A DNA stretch of 64,000 bases from Chloroflexia bacterium (GTDB taxonomy: Bacteria > Chloroflexota > Chloroflexia > Thermomicrobiales > CFX8), in the NCBI GenBank assembly GCA_030431755.1, contig JAUIIK010000006.1:4061-68060 (forward strand), read 5' to 3'. Position 1 is the first letter of the stretch; every line of letters begins with the position of its first letter. Both the position numbers and the translations under genes were made by a program. A model generated the notes under the pieces. That model was not told the DNA's origin. It ran no database searches and worked only from the letters and a program-made list of their open reading frames with translations. Positions 54,647-64,000 of the stretch are shown piece after piece.

Positions 54647-55699
54647 CTAAATGCGTGCGCGCTGGAACTGGCGCAGGAAGCGCAGGTCGTTCTGGTAGAA
54701 GCTGCGTATGTCGTTGATGCCGTAGCGGAGCATCGTTAGCCGGTCGATGCCCATGCCGAAGGCCCAGCCGCTGTAGATCTCCGGATCGTAACCGGACCAC
54801 TCCAGCACGTTCGGGTGGACCATCCCTGCTCCGAGGATCTCGATCCAGCCGGAGTTGCTGCATACGCGGCAGCCGCTGCCATCGCAAAATGGGCAGTCAA
54901 TCGATAGATCGACGCCCGGCTCGACAAAGGGGAAGTAGTCGCAACGAAAACGCACCTGTCGCGCCGCGCCGAAGATCTGCCGCGCGAACTCCGCCAGCGT
55001 GCCTTTGAGGTCGGCCAGGGTGATGTGCTTGTCGACGGCCAGACCCTCAATCTGCTGGAAATGCCACTCGTGGGTCGCGTCCTGGGCTTCGTAGCGATAG
55101 CAGCGGCCGGGCACGACGACGCGCACCGGCGGATCCTGCGCCAGCATCGTGCGGACCTGCATCGGCGACGTATGCGGTCGGAGGGTGATCTCCTTCTCGC
55201 CCGAGTCGATGAAGATCGTGTCCCAGACATCGCGCGCCGGATGGTCCTTCGGAATGTTGAGCATGTCAAAGCTGTAGTAGCCGTACTCGACCTCGGGCCC
55301 TTCGACGGTCTGGAAGCCGAGGTGGGCGAAGACATCGAGCGCCTCGCGCTGCATCTGGGTCAGCGGGTGCAAGCCGCCCATTGGTTGGGTGCGGCCCGGC
55401 AGCGTGACGTCGATGCGCTCGTCGACCAGGCGGGCGTCGAGCGCGTCGGCGCGGACCTGGTCCTGGCGGTCGTTGAAGGCGGTCTCAAGCTCCTGGCGCA
55501 GCTGATTGAGCGCCTGGCCGGCGTCGCGCCGCTCTTCTTTTGGCAGCTGGCCGATGTTGCGGAGCGCCTGGCCCAGCGATCCCTGACGGCCCAGCACATC
55601 GCGATGCCAGTCTGATAGCTCGTCCTGGTTCGATGCCTGCCCGAGCGCGTCGAGCGCCTGCGACCGCAACTCGCTGGCGGTTGGTGGACTCCCGCTCAT
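54647..55699 (-). CDS. pheS: Phenylalanine--tRNA ligase alpha subunit
   Basis: HPLTQ..., class II motifs (FRCDYFPFVEPG, GAGMVHP, GWAFGMGIDRL). ATG follows GGGAGGAA. Confidence 0.95.
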   Translation of the reverse strand: MSGSPPTASELRSQALDALGQASNQDELSDWHRDVLGRQGSLGQALRNIGQLPKEERRDAGQALNQLRQELETAFNDRQDQVRADALDARLVDERIDVTLPGRTQPMGGLHPLTQMQREALDVFAHLGFQTVEGPEVEYGYYSFDMLNIPKDHPARDVWDTIFIDSGEKEITLRPHTSPMQVRTMLAQDPPVRVVVPGRCYRYEAQDATHEWHFQQIEGLAVDKHITLADLKGTLAEFARQIFGAARQVRFRCDYFPFVEPGVDLSIDCPFCDGSGCRVCSNSGWIEILGAGMVHPNVLEWSGYDPEIYSGWAFGMGIDRLTMLRYGINDIRSFYQNDLRFLRQFQRARI

Positions 55700-55732
55700 T
55701 GGTGTTCCTCCCTGCGTATCCCGATCCCCGGC

Positions 55733-57399
<1,667 letters not shown>

Positions 57400-57545
57400 T
57401 TTCGAGCGCCGCGAGCGGTGGCGAGGAATCTTCTATCCGGCGTGTTCGGCGGGGTGTACGATCACCGCGTAGCCACACTTATGTGCAACTGTCACGGGTA
57501 TCGCCAGATACTCGCGGCAGTTGCGTGCGGGAAGGCAGTGGGTTG

Positions 57546-57965
57546 ATGAAGCACTTCGAGTCGAGCGCGGAGATCAACGCGCCGGTGGATGACGTTTGGG
57601 CCGTATTGACCAACGGCGCGCACTACACCTCCTGGGATTCAGGCGTGACCCAGTTCGAGGGCGCGATAGCGCCTGGGAACTCGATCAAGGTCTACTCGGA
57701 GGTCGCGCCGGGCCGCGCGTTCCCGGTCAAGATCGTTGAATTCGACGCCGGCAAGCGCATGGTCTGGGAGAGCGGCATGCCGCTCGGGCTCTTCAAAGGC
57801 CGCCGAACCTTCACGCTAACGCCGACCGGCGCCGCGACCAGGTTCCACATGCGCGAGGAGTTCACCGGCCCGCTCCTGCCGCTTATCGGGCGAACGATCC
57901 CCGACCTGCAGCCGACATTCGACAAGTTTGCCAACGGTTTGAAGGCGCGCGTCGAAGCAGGCTAG
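57546..57965 (+). CDS. SRPBCC (START/polyketide-cyclase-like) family protein
   Basis: MKHFESSAEINAPVDDVWAVLTNGAHYTSWDSG... is the typical SRPBCC N-terminus. 139 aa. Confidence 0.75.
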   Translation: MKHFESSAEINAPVDDVWAVLTNGAHYTSWDSGVTQFEGAIAPGNSIKVYSEVAPGRAFPVKIVEFDAGKRMVWESGMPLGLFKGRRTFTLTPTGAATRFHMREEFTGPLLPLIGRTIPDLQPTFDKFANGLKARVEAG

Positions 57966-58058
57966 TGCACCGCAAGAGGAATGCATGGGCGTTGCACTAT
58001 GATCGCCTTGGTCGACGAACGGTTGAGCTCTGTGGGCTGAACGCGGGGGTGAAGTTCA

Positions 58059-58583
58059 ATGCTCGCTGTCTACCTGACCGGCGATGTCGTGGCGCTGCGC
58101 GCCTTCGAGATCGCCGACACGAAACAGGCGATGGCCTGGCACGAGGGCGTCTTTCCTATCGACCCCGAGCGGGCTGAGAAGTACCTGCGTGACGAGCTCG
58201 ATGGGCTGAACACGCGCAAAGCGGCTCTGGCCATTGTGCGCCGCTCCGACGATGCCGTGGTCGGCGGCGTGCGCGTGCGGCTGAATCCGCGCCATTCCGA
58301 TATCTACATCCAGATGGCTCCGGCACTCCCGGAGGCCGATGAGCTGCGCGGCGAGGTGCTGAAGCTGCTCGTTCCGTGGCTGCGCGATGAAGGTCAGAAC
58401 ATCACCGTAACGGTCGATCTGGCGGCGGACGCCCCGTTGTCGATTGCAGCGGCACGGGATGCCGGGATGGAGCAGACGGCACGCTTTCGCGAGTGGTACT
58501 TCCGGTCCGGCGGCCGCGTCGACCGGCTGGTCTTCCAGGCAATACACCCGCAGTGGCAGACGGCGAGGGTAGACGATGCGTAA
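58059..58583 (+). CDS. GNAT-like acetyltransferase, cassette 2 gene A
   Basis: Paralog of 24959..25492. ATG follows GGGGGTGA. Confidence 0.7.
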   Translation: MLAVYLTGDVVALRAFEIADTKQAMAWHEGVFPIDPERAEKYLRDELDGLNTRKAALAIVRRSDDAVVGGVRVRLNPRHSDIYIQMAPALPEADELRGEVLKLLVPWLRDEGQNITVTVDLAADAPLSIAAARDAGMEQTARFREWYFRSGGRVDRLVFQAIHPQWQTARVDDA

Positions 58584-59145
58584 CGCGATAGTCGTCGGCG
58601 AGCGGCTCTACTTGCGTCCGATTGAGAAGAGCGATGCCAAGTCGATGGCGCGCGGCGCGGCGCTGGAGCAGGACCGGATGATCGAGCGCATCCGGTTGCC
58701 GCACAGCGCGATTGCGGCTGAAGCCTGGATCGACAAGCTCTACGCGTCGCAACCGCCGCAGGACATCTCGCTCGCGGCGTGTTTGCGGGAGAATGACCGC
58801 CGCATCGGCGACATGACGCTGTTCGAGATCGACTACGTGAACCGCACTGCTGAGACTGGTAGCTGGATCGATAGCGCCGAGGACCGGAGCAGGGGCTACG
58901 GGACCGAGGCGAAGCTGCTCCTGCTCGAATATGCCTTCGACCATCTCGGTTTGCACGCGCTGATGTCCTATGTCTGGGAGCCAAATGCCCGTTCCGCAGC
59001 CGCGCTGCTGAAGCAGGGGTACAAGCCGGCCGGGCGCTACAGGTTCGAGGACGTGCGCGATGGCGAGTACCGCGATGCCCTGCTCTTCGATGTCTTGCGG
59101 GATGACTGGCTTGCGGCGCGCGCAGCGTACCGGCGCAGCCGCTAG
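58576..59145 (+). CDS. GNAT (RimJ/RimL-like) N-acetyltransferase, cassette 2 gene B
   Basis: MRNAIVVGERLYLRP...NRTAETGSWI...SRGYGTEAKLLLLEYAFDHL. Paralog of 24385..24966, with the same 8-nt ATGCGTAA overlap. Confidence 0.85.
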   Translation: MRNAIVVGERLYLRPIEKSDAKSMARGAALEQDRMIERIRLPHSAIAAEAWIDKLYASQPPQDISLAACLRENDRRIGDMTLFEIDYVNRTAETGSWIDSAEDRSRGYGTEAKLLLLEYAFDHLGLHALMSYVWEPNARSAAALLKQGYKPAGRYRFEDVRDGEYRDALLFDVLRDDWLAARAAYRRSR

Positions 59146-59158
59146 CTGACGGGCAGGC

Positions 59159-60709
59159 TTACTTCAGGTCGATCAGCGACGTGCCGGTCATCGCCGGCGC
59201 CGGAGCAAGCCCCAGGAGGTCGAGTAGCGTCGGCGCGACATCGGCCAAGCGGCCACCGTCGCGGAGTTTCACTCCGTGCTGATGAAGGCCCACGAGAACG
59301 CACGGGACTGGGTTCGTGGTGTGCGCGGTCATGGGTCGCGTCGTGCCCGGCACGAACATGCGCTCGGCGTTGCCGTGGTCGGCGATGATCAGCGCCGCGC
59401 CGGACGCCGCTTCGAGGGCGTGGAGCACGCGGCCAAGTTGTCCGTCGACGGTTTCACAGGCCGTGATCGCTGACCCCAGGATGCCGGTGTGGCCGACCAT
59501 ATCAGGGTTGGCGAAGTTGATGACGATCAGCTTGTAGTCGCCGCTCTCGATAGCCGCAATCACGCCGTCGGCCACCTCGGATGCGCTCATCTCCGGCTGG
59601 AGGTCGTAGGTCGCGACGTCCGGCGATTGCGCCATCCTGCGCTTCTCTCCGGCGAACGGCGCTTCCCGACCCCCGTTGATGAAGTAGGTAACGTGGGCGT
59701 ATTTCTCCGTCTCGGCGGTGTGAAACTGCTGCAATCCGGCTTCAGAGACGAGCCGGGCCAGCGGTGTCTCTACCACGACCGGCTCGAAGGCGTAGTCGAC
59801 CGTGAGGAAGCTCGCGTAGGGGAGCAGCCCCACAAAGGTCAGGTTGCGCGGCCGGTCGTTGAATTCGGCGTCGTCGATTGGCGGCCCGGTGAGCGCCTGG
59901 GTTATCTGACGCGCCCGGTCCGAGCGGAAGTTGAAGAAGATGACGCTGTCATTGTCGGCGATCGTGATCGGCTTCTGGCCAACGATGAGCGGATCCATGA
60001 ACTCATCGGTGACGCCCGCCGCGTACTTCTCAACGACGCCGGAGACGGCCTTGTCGATGTGGTCGCCGCGCCCGTGGACGAGCAGATCGAAGGCCCGTCG
60101 GGTGCGTTCCCAGCGCTGGTCGCGGTCCATCGCGTAGTAGCGGCCGCAGATCGACACGATACGCCCAACGCCGATCTCCGTAGCGTATTTCTCAACCTGG
60201 CGCAGATACTCCGCCCCGCCGGTGGGCGAGGTATCGCGGCCATCAAGGAAGGCGTGAATCGCGACGTTCGTGAGACCTTCGCTGTGGGCCAGGTCCAGCA
60301 GCGCCTGGAGGTGATCGATGTGCGCGTGGACGCCGCCGTCGGAGACGAGTCCCATCAGATGCAGCGGCCGTTTGCGCCGCTTAGCGTTGTGGATCGCGGC
60401 TAGCAACGCATCATTTGCGTCGAAGGTCCCATCCTCGATGGCGACATCGATCTGGCGGATCGCCTGGTTCACGATGAACCCCGCGCCGATGTTGAGGTGG
60501 CCGACCTCGGAGTTTCCGAACTGGCCCGGACGCAGGCCGACATCGACGCCGCTGGCTGAGAGCGTCGTGTGTGGCGCGGTCGCCCAGATGCGGTCAAAGA
60601 CCGGCGTCCTGGCGAGATCGACGGCGTTGCCGGGCGACGGCTCCTCAAGCCCCCAACCGTCGAGAATGATCAATGCGAGCGGGCCTGTCGGATGCGGACG
60701 GTTACTCAA
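59159..60709 (-). CDS. gpmI: 2,3-bisphosphoglycerate-independent phosphoglycerate mutase
   Basis: LIILDGWG...GNSEVGHLNIGAG...ADHGNAE. TTG start overlaps the upstream TGA (TTGA). Confidence 0.95.
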   Translation of the reverse strand: MSNRPHPTGPLALIILDGWGLEEPSPGNAVDLARTPVFDRIWATAPHTTLSASGVDVGLRPGQFGNSEVGHLNIGAGFIVNQAIRQIDVAIEDGTFDANDALLAAIHNAKRRKRPLHLMGLVSDGGVHAHIDHLQALLDLAHSEGLTNVAIHAFLDGRDTSPTGGAEYLRQVEKYATEIGVGRIVSICGRYYAMDRDQRWERTRRAFDLLVHGRGDHIDKAVSGVVEKYAAGVTDEFMDPLIVGQKPITIADNDSVIFFNFRSDRARQITQALTGPPIDDAEFNDRPRNLTFVGLLPYASFLTVDYAFEPVVVETPLARLVSEAGLQQFHTAETEKYAHVTYFINGGREAPFAGEKRRMAQSPDVATYDLQPEMSASEVADGVIAAIESGDYKLIVINFANPDMVGHTGILGSAITACETVDGQLGRVLHALEAASGAALIIADHGNAERMFVPGTTRPMTAHTTNPVPCVLVGLHQHGVKLRDGGRLADVAPTLLDLLGLAPAPAMTGTSLIDLK

Positions 60710-61875
60710 ATTCGGCTCACTTTTCCTTCGAGACGCTTGACTCTGTGGGCGAAGGCCGCCTGGTGCTTGGCGTCGCGGCCGAGGGTAGCGCTGTCGCGTG
60801 CCTTCAGGCTCAGCGCGAGGGCTGCTTCGTAATCGCGTAACGTGTGTTCGTAGTACTTGGCTAGTTCCTCGGAGGCAAAGAGGCGCAGCTCGCGGCTGGG
60901 ATCGATCAGCCCCGCTTCCAGCGCCGGTACCGCGGTTGCGACGCTGCCGGCGCGCTTGAGCTGCGTTGTTGCGTCGCGTAGCGCAATCAGGCGCAAAGGC
61001 GCTGGAACGCCAGGTTCCAGGGCGCGCTCCAGCACGACGGACGCGACGTCAAGCTCGCCACGCCGCAGCCGCAAGACCAACGCCGCCAGACGGTCGGCGG
61101 CGTGCGATTCGACATCTATGCCGTTGAGATGCGCCCCAACGACGCCGGTAAGCCGGGCCAGCGAGACGATATCGAAGCGGTTGTGCTCGATGACCGGCCC
61201 GAGGTCGTGGACGGCCCTTGTCCGCAGGTATTCGAAGTAGATGCTTGGGATGAGCCAGCCGGGGGCGTCCGACACACGTTCGACGCCGAGGATGTGCTGC
61301 TCCAGTGTTCCCAGCGAACAGCTCTCCAGGCGGTGTTTCCAGATTGCGCGGGCCGGGTGGAGGAGGTCGAGGTGGTCGTCGGGCGCGGCGTAGTCGAGGC
61401 GGTGCATGCGAAAGCGGGTCTCGATGAGCGGCATGTCGAAGGTGCGCCCATTGAAGGTTGTCAGGCCGTCGAAGTGGTTGAGGTGCCCTGCGACATATCC
61501 CAGCAGCGCGAGCTCCTCGCCCGGATGACGCATGAAGTACTGCCGCACCCGGAAGCCGGCCGGTTCGAACCAACCCAGGCCGATCAGGAAGGCATAGGTG
61601 CCGGTGCCGCCCGAGAGGCCGGTCGTCTCGGTATCGACGTAGACGCGGCCATCGACCGGCAGGATGTCCGAGCGTGCGATGAGCTCGCGTGACTGCTCGA
61701 TCTCCGGCCCGTGATAGAGCCGGTCAAACATGCCGACCGTACCACCGGCGGCTTCGATCACCTGTCCGCCGGCCGGCAGAGGCCACTCCGGCGCCGGCGC
61801 GGGAGTGGCGGTGGATGCCTGCGGCGTCTGGTTGAGCGCCCGGTATCGGTCGGCGAAGCTACGGCTACTCATCAT
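60706..61875 (-). CDS. RNase H-like (YprB-type) predicted exonuclease with C-terminal helical repeat region
   Basis: YVDTETTGLSGGTGTYAFLIGLG...TFNGRTFD...HNRFDI. The start (ATG 61875/61872 or TTG 61896) is uncertain. Confidence 0.7.
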   Translation of the reverse strand: MMSSRSFADRYRALNQTPQASTATPAPAPEWPLPAGGQVIEAAGGTVGMFDRLYHGPEIEQSRELIARSDILPVDGRVYVDTETTGLSGGTGTYAFLIGLGWFEPAGFRVRQYFMRHPGEELALLGYVAGHLNHFDGLTTFNGRTFDMPLIETRFRMHRLDYAAPDDHLDLLHPARAIWKHRLESCSLGTLEQHILGVERVSDAPGWLIPSIYFEYLRTRAVHDLGPVIEHNRFDIVSLARLTGVVGAHLNGIDVESHAADRLAALVLRLRRGELDVASVVLERALEPGVPAPLRLIALRDATTQLKRAGSVATAVPALEAGLIDPSRELRLFASEELAKYYEHTLRDYEAALALSLKARDSATLGRDAKHQAAFAHRVKRLEGKVSRI

Positions 61876-61903
61876 GTCCCGATTGTACGGCCACAATAGG
61901 AAG

Positions 61904-61933
61904 TTGACAGTCCGACAGCCGCCTCCCTAGAAT
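61904..61933 (+). promoter_or_regulatory. Sigma-70-type promoter of the icd-type gene
   Basis: TTGACA (61904-61909), an 18-nt spacer, then TAGAAT (61928-61933), about 40 nt upstream of the ATG. Confidence 0.6.
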
Positions 61934-61971
61934 CGCCGGGCGGTTGGGACCAGCGAGAGAAAGCGAAGAAC

Positions 61972-63048
61972 ATGGCCTACAAGATCACACTGATTCCCGG
62001 TGACGGCATCGGGCCGGAAGTATCCGAAGCGACCCGCCGAGTGCTGGAAGCGACCGGCATCGACTTTGAATGGGATGTCCAGATAGCCGGGTTGACGGCT
62101 CTCGAAGAAAAAGGCGACGTGCTTCCCGATGAGGTGCTGGAGTCGATCCGCGCCAACAAGACCGCGATCAAAGGACCGCTGACGACCCCGATTGGCTCAG
62201 GTTTCCGCAGCATCAATGTCGCGCTCCGCCAGGCGCTCGAACTCTATGCGAACCTGCGACCGTCGCGCACCTTCGAGGGCGTGCGTTCGGTCTTCGACCA
62301 TGTCGATCTCGTGGTCGTGCGTGAGAATCTGGAAGACCTCTACGCTGGAGTCGAGTTCGATACCGGCACTGACGAGGCGCATGACGTCATCGCCAAGATC
62401 AATGAATACGCGGACCGCCCGGTGTCGGAGACTGCCGCCGTATCAATCAAGGCCATCACGCCGGAGAACTCCGAGCGCATCGTGCGTTTCGCCTTCGAGT
62501 ACGCCAAGCAGAATGACCGCAAGCTGGTGACGGCGGTCCACAAAGCCAACATCATGAAATTCAGCGATGGTCTCTTCCTGCACGTCGCCCAGGAGGTCGC
62601 GAAGGACTATCCGGAGATCGAGTTCAACGACCGCATCATCGATAACATGTGCATGCAGCTGATGCAGCGGCCGGAGGATTACGACGTGCTTGTGATGCCG
62701 AATCTCTACGGTGATGTCGTCAGCGACCTCACCTCCGGCATGATCGGCGGGCTGGGCGTTGCGCCGGGCGCGAACATCGGCGTCGAGGCGGCGGTCTTCG
62801 AGCCGATCCACGGCAGCGCGCCATCGCACGCCGGCAAGAACGAAGCCAATCCGACAGCGATGATCCTGACCGGCGTGATGATGCTGCGGCACCTCGGCGA
62901 ACAGGCCGCGGCCAAGAAGGTCGAGGACGCGGTGGCAGCCGTGATCGCCGAAGGCACAGCCATCACCTACGACCTGCGGCAAGACCGCGATCCTTCCAAG
63001 GCCGCCGGCACATCCGGCATGGCCGACGCGATCATCGCGCGCCTCTAG
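61972..63048 (+). CDS. Isocitrate/isopropylmalate dehydrogenase family enzyme, most like NAD-dependent isocitrate (or homoisocitrate) dehydrogenase
   Basis: [61 protein letters not shown]. Confidence 0.85.
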   Translation: MAYKITLIPGDGIGPEVSEATRRVLEATGIDFEWDVQIAGLTALEEKGDVLPDEVLESIRANKTAIKGPLTTPIGSGFRSINVALRQALELYANLRPSRTFEGVRSVFDHVDLVVVRENLEDLYAGVEFDTGTDEAHDVIAKINEYADRPVSETAAVSIKAITPENSERIVRFAFEYAKQNDRKLVTAVHKANIMKFSDGLFLHVAQEVAKDYPEIEFNDRIIDNMCMQLMQRPEDYDVLVMPNLYGDVVSDLTSGMIGGLGVAPGANIGVEAAVFEPIHGSAPSHAGKNEANPTAMILTGVMMLRHLGEQAAAKKVEDAVAAVIAEGTAITYDLRQDRDPSKAAGTSGMADAIIARL

Positions 63049-63095
63049 CAATTGAACCGGCGCAGGCCGCGCCGGGTTCTACCGTTCGGACGCCG

Positions 63096-63136
63096 GAAGG
63101 CCGGGTGAGCAATCACCCGGCCTTCTGTGTTCTTGT
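63096..63136 (+). terminator. Intrinsic terminator after the icd-type gene
   Basis: 13-bp perfect stem gaaggccgggtga / tcacccggccttc with loop gcaa, then tgtgttcttgt. Confidence 0.8.
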
Positions 63137-63165
63137 CGGCTCATGGGCCGCTCGGTGAACGCCGT

Positions 63166-64000
63166 CTACTCAGACACTGCGTACTCGATGCCAGGAAAGT
63201 AGACGGCCTCTGGCGCCAACGCAGCGCGCGCATCCGGGTCGTTGGCAAGCACATCCAGCAGGAACGCCGTCGAGAGGTGGTTGATCAGGTCGTGCGCTCT
63301 GGCAGTGTCCCAGACCGGATCGAAGCAGTAGTAGGCGTAGGCCGGGTGCTCAGCCATCCAGGGTTGGAGGGCGCAGTCCGTCGCGAAGATCATGTGCTCC
63401 GCGCCGTTGAGCCCGACGAGGTGCTTCCGCTCGCTGCCGGCGTATTCGTAGGCGAGCTGCGCGCCCCAGTCGTAGGGCGTTCCGAAGTCCGCGGTGCCGC
63501 CCATGGCCATCATCGGGGTCGTGATCTTCCCCAATCCGCGTTGGTCGAAGAGATACGCATCGCCGGCCATTGGGATGATTGCTTTGACCCGCGCATCCCC
63601 AAATGATGGCCAGAGCTCGCCGGCGGTGACCTCGACGCGGGCGTGTTCCGCCATCGCCGCGAAGTTTGGCGCGAGCGCCCCACAGATGAAGGCGGACGGG
63701 TGGTCGGCAGCAAGCGCCGCGCAGCGTGCGCTGAACGCGTCGAGATCCATTTGCGCGCCGGCCAGCGCGAGCGCGGTGTAGCCGCCGTAGGAGTGACCAA
63801 CAACTGCGACGGCCTCCATGTCGATCGTCCCGGCCAGTGGGCCACTGCCGGCGGCCAGCTCTTCGGCATAGTCGAGTGTCAGCTTGACATCCGCCGGCCG
63901 GTCGATGAGCGCCTTCCAGAGGTCGCCGAGGGTCTCGTCGAATTGCTCGTTGTGCTCGGGAGCGAGAACGACGAAGCCGTGAGAGGCGTAATGTTCTGCC
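63166..64000 (-). CDS. Alpha/beta hydrolase (PAF-acetylhydrolase/dienelactone-hydrolase-like), 5' end outside the window
   Basis: The frame stays open to the window edge (...YASHGFVVLAPEH...). Nucleophile elbow VVGHSYGG. Confidence 0.7.
   Translation of the reverse strand, partial: AEHYASHGFVVLAPEHNEQFDETLGDLWKALIDRPADVKLTLDYAEELAAGSGPLAGTIDMEAVAVVGHSYGGYTALALAGAQMDLDAFSARCAALAADHPSAFICGALAPNFAAMAEHARVEVTAGELWPSFGDARVKAIIPMAGDAYLFDQRGLGKITTPMMAMGGTADFGTPYDWGAQLAYEYAGSERKHLVGLNGAEHMIFATDCALQPWMAEHPAYAYYCFDPVWDTARAHDLINHLSTAFLLDVLANDPDARAALAPEAVYFPGIEYAVSE

Overview
High-GC bacterial chromosomal segment, densely packed with about 60 protein genes and many 4-11 nt start/stop overlaps. It is dominated by housekeeping and catabolic functions.

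Main content:
- trpS and pheS-pheT each sit behind a canonical T-box leader (specifiers UGG and UUC).
- A HisRS-like gene, hisG and hisD follow directly downstream of pheT.
- Other core genes: eno, gpmI, an icd-type dehydrogenase, ruvA, pdxH, and a split LplB/LplA lipoate ligase.
- There is a striking number of amide-bond hydrolases: D-aminoacylase, a penicillin-acylase family protein, M20 and M14 peptidases, two tandem amidases, two tandem CE4 deacetylases and further amidohydrolases.
- Also present: F420-type redox enzymes; several transporters (SLC13/TrkA-C, MFS paired with an LprG-like lipoprotein, LysE, MarC-like); and one OmpR/GAF-PAS two-component pair next to a tandem USP.
- Gene content suggests a Chloroflexota- or Actinomycetota-like organism. 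This is inference only.

Not found: rRNA, tRNA, CRISPR array, transposase, integrase, reverse transcriptase, phage genes or recognisable defence genes.

Structure not explained by ordinary annotation:
1. A ~380-bp nested-palindrome repeat occurs in two copies (17.1 kb and 37.5 kb). One copy has a perfect 33-bp inverted repeat around a 97-bp core, and that core is flipped between the two loci.
2. A REP-like double-hairpin family sits at two convergent gene ends and shows compensatory base changes.
3. An uncharacterised two-module protein family is present twice. One copy lies in a GNAT-GNAT-X-M20 gene string inside a low-GC patch.
4. A two-gene GNAT cassette is duplicated with an identical ATGCGTAA junction.
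5. The HisRS-like gene has its conserved N-terminus encoded upstream of any canonical start codon. The candidate start is ATC behind a strong SD.
6. A 54-aa ORF with SD and terminator is missing from the supplied ORF track.

I did not find a convincing self-contained novel multi-gene system. Candidates are scored accordingly.
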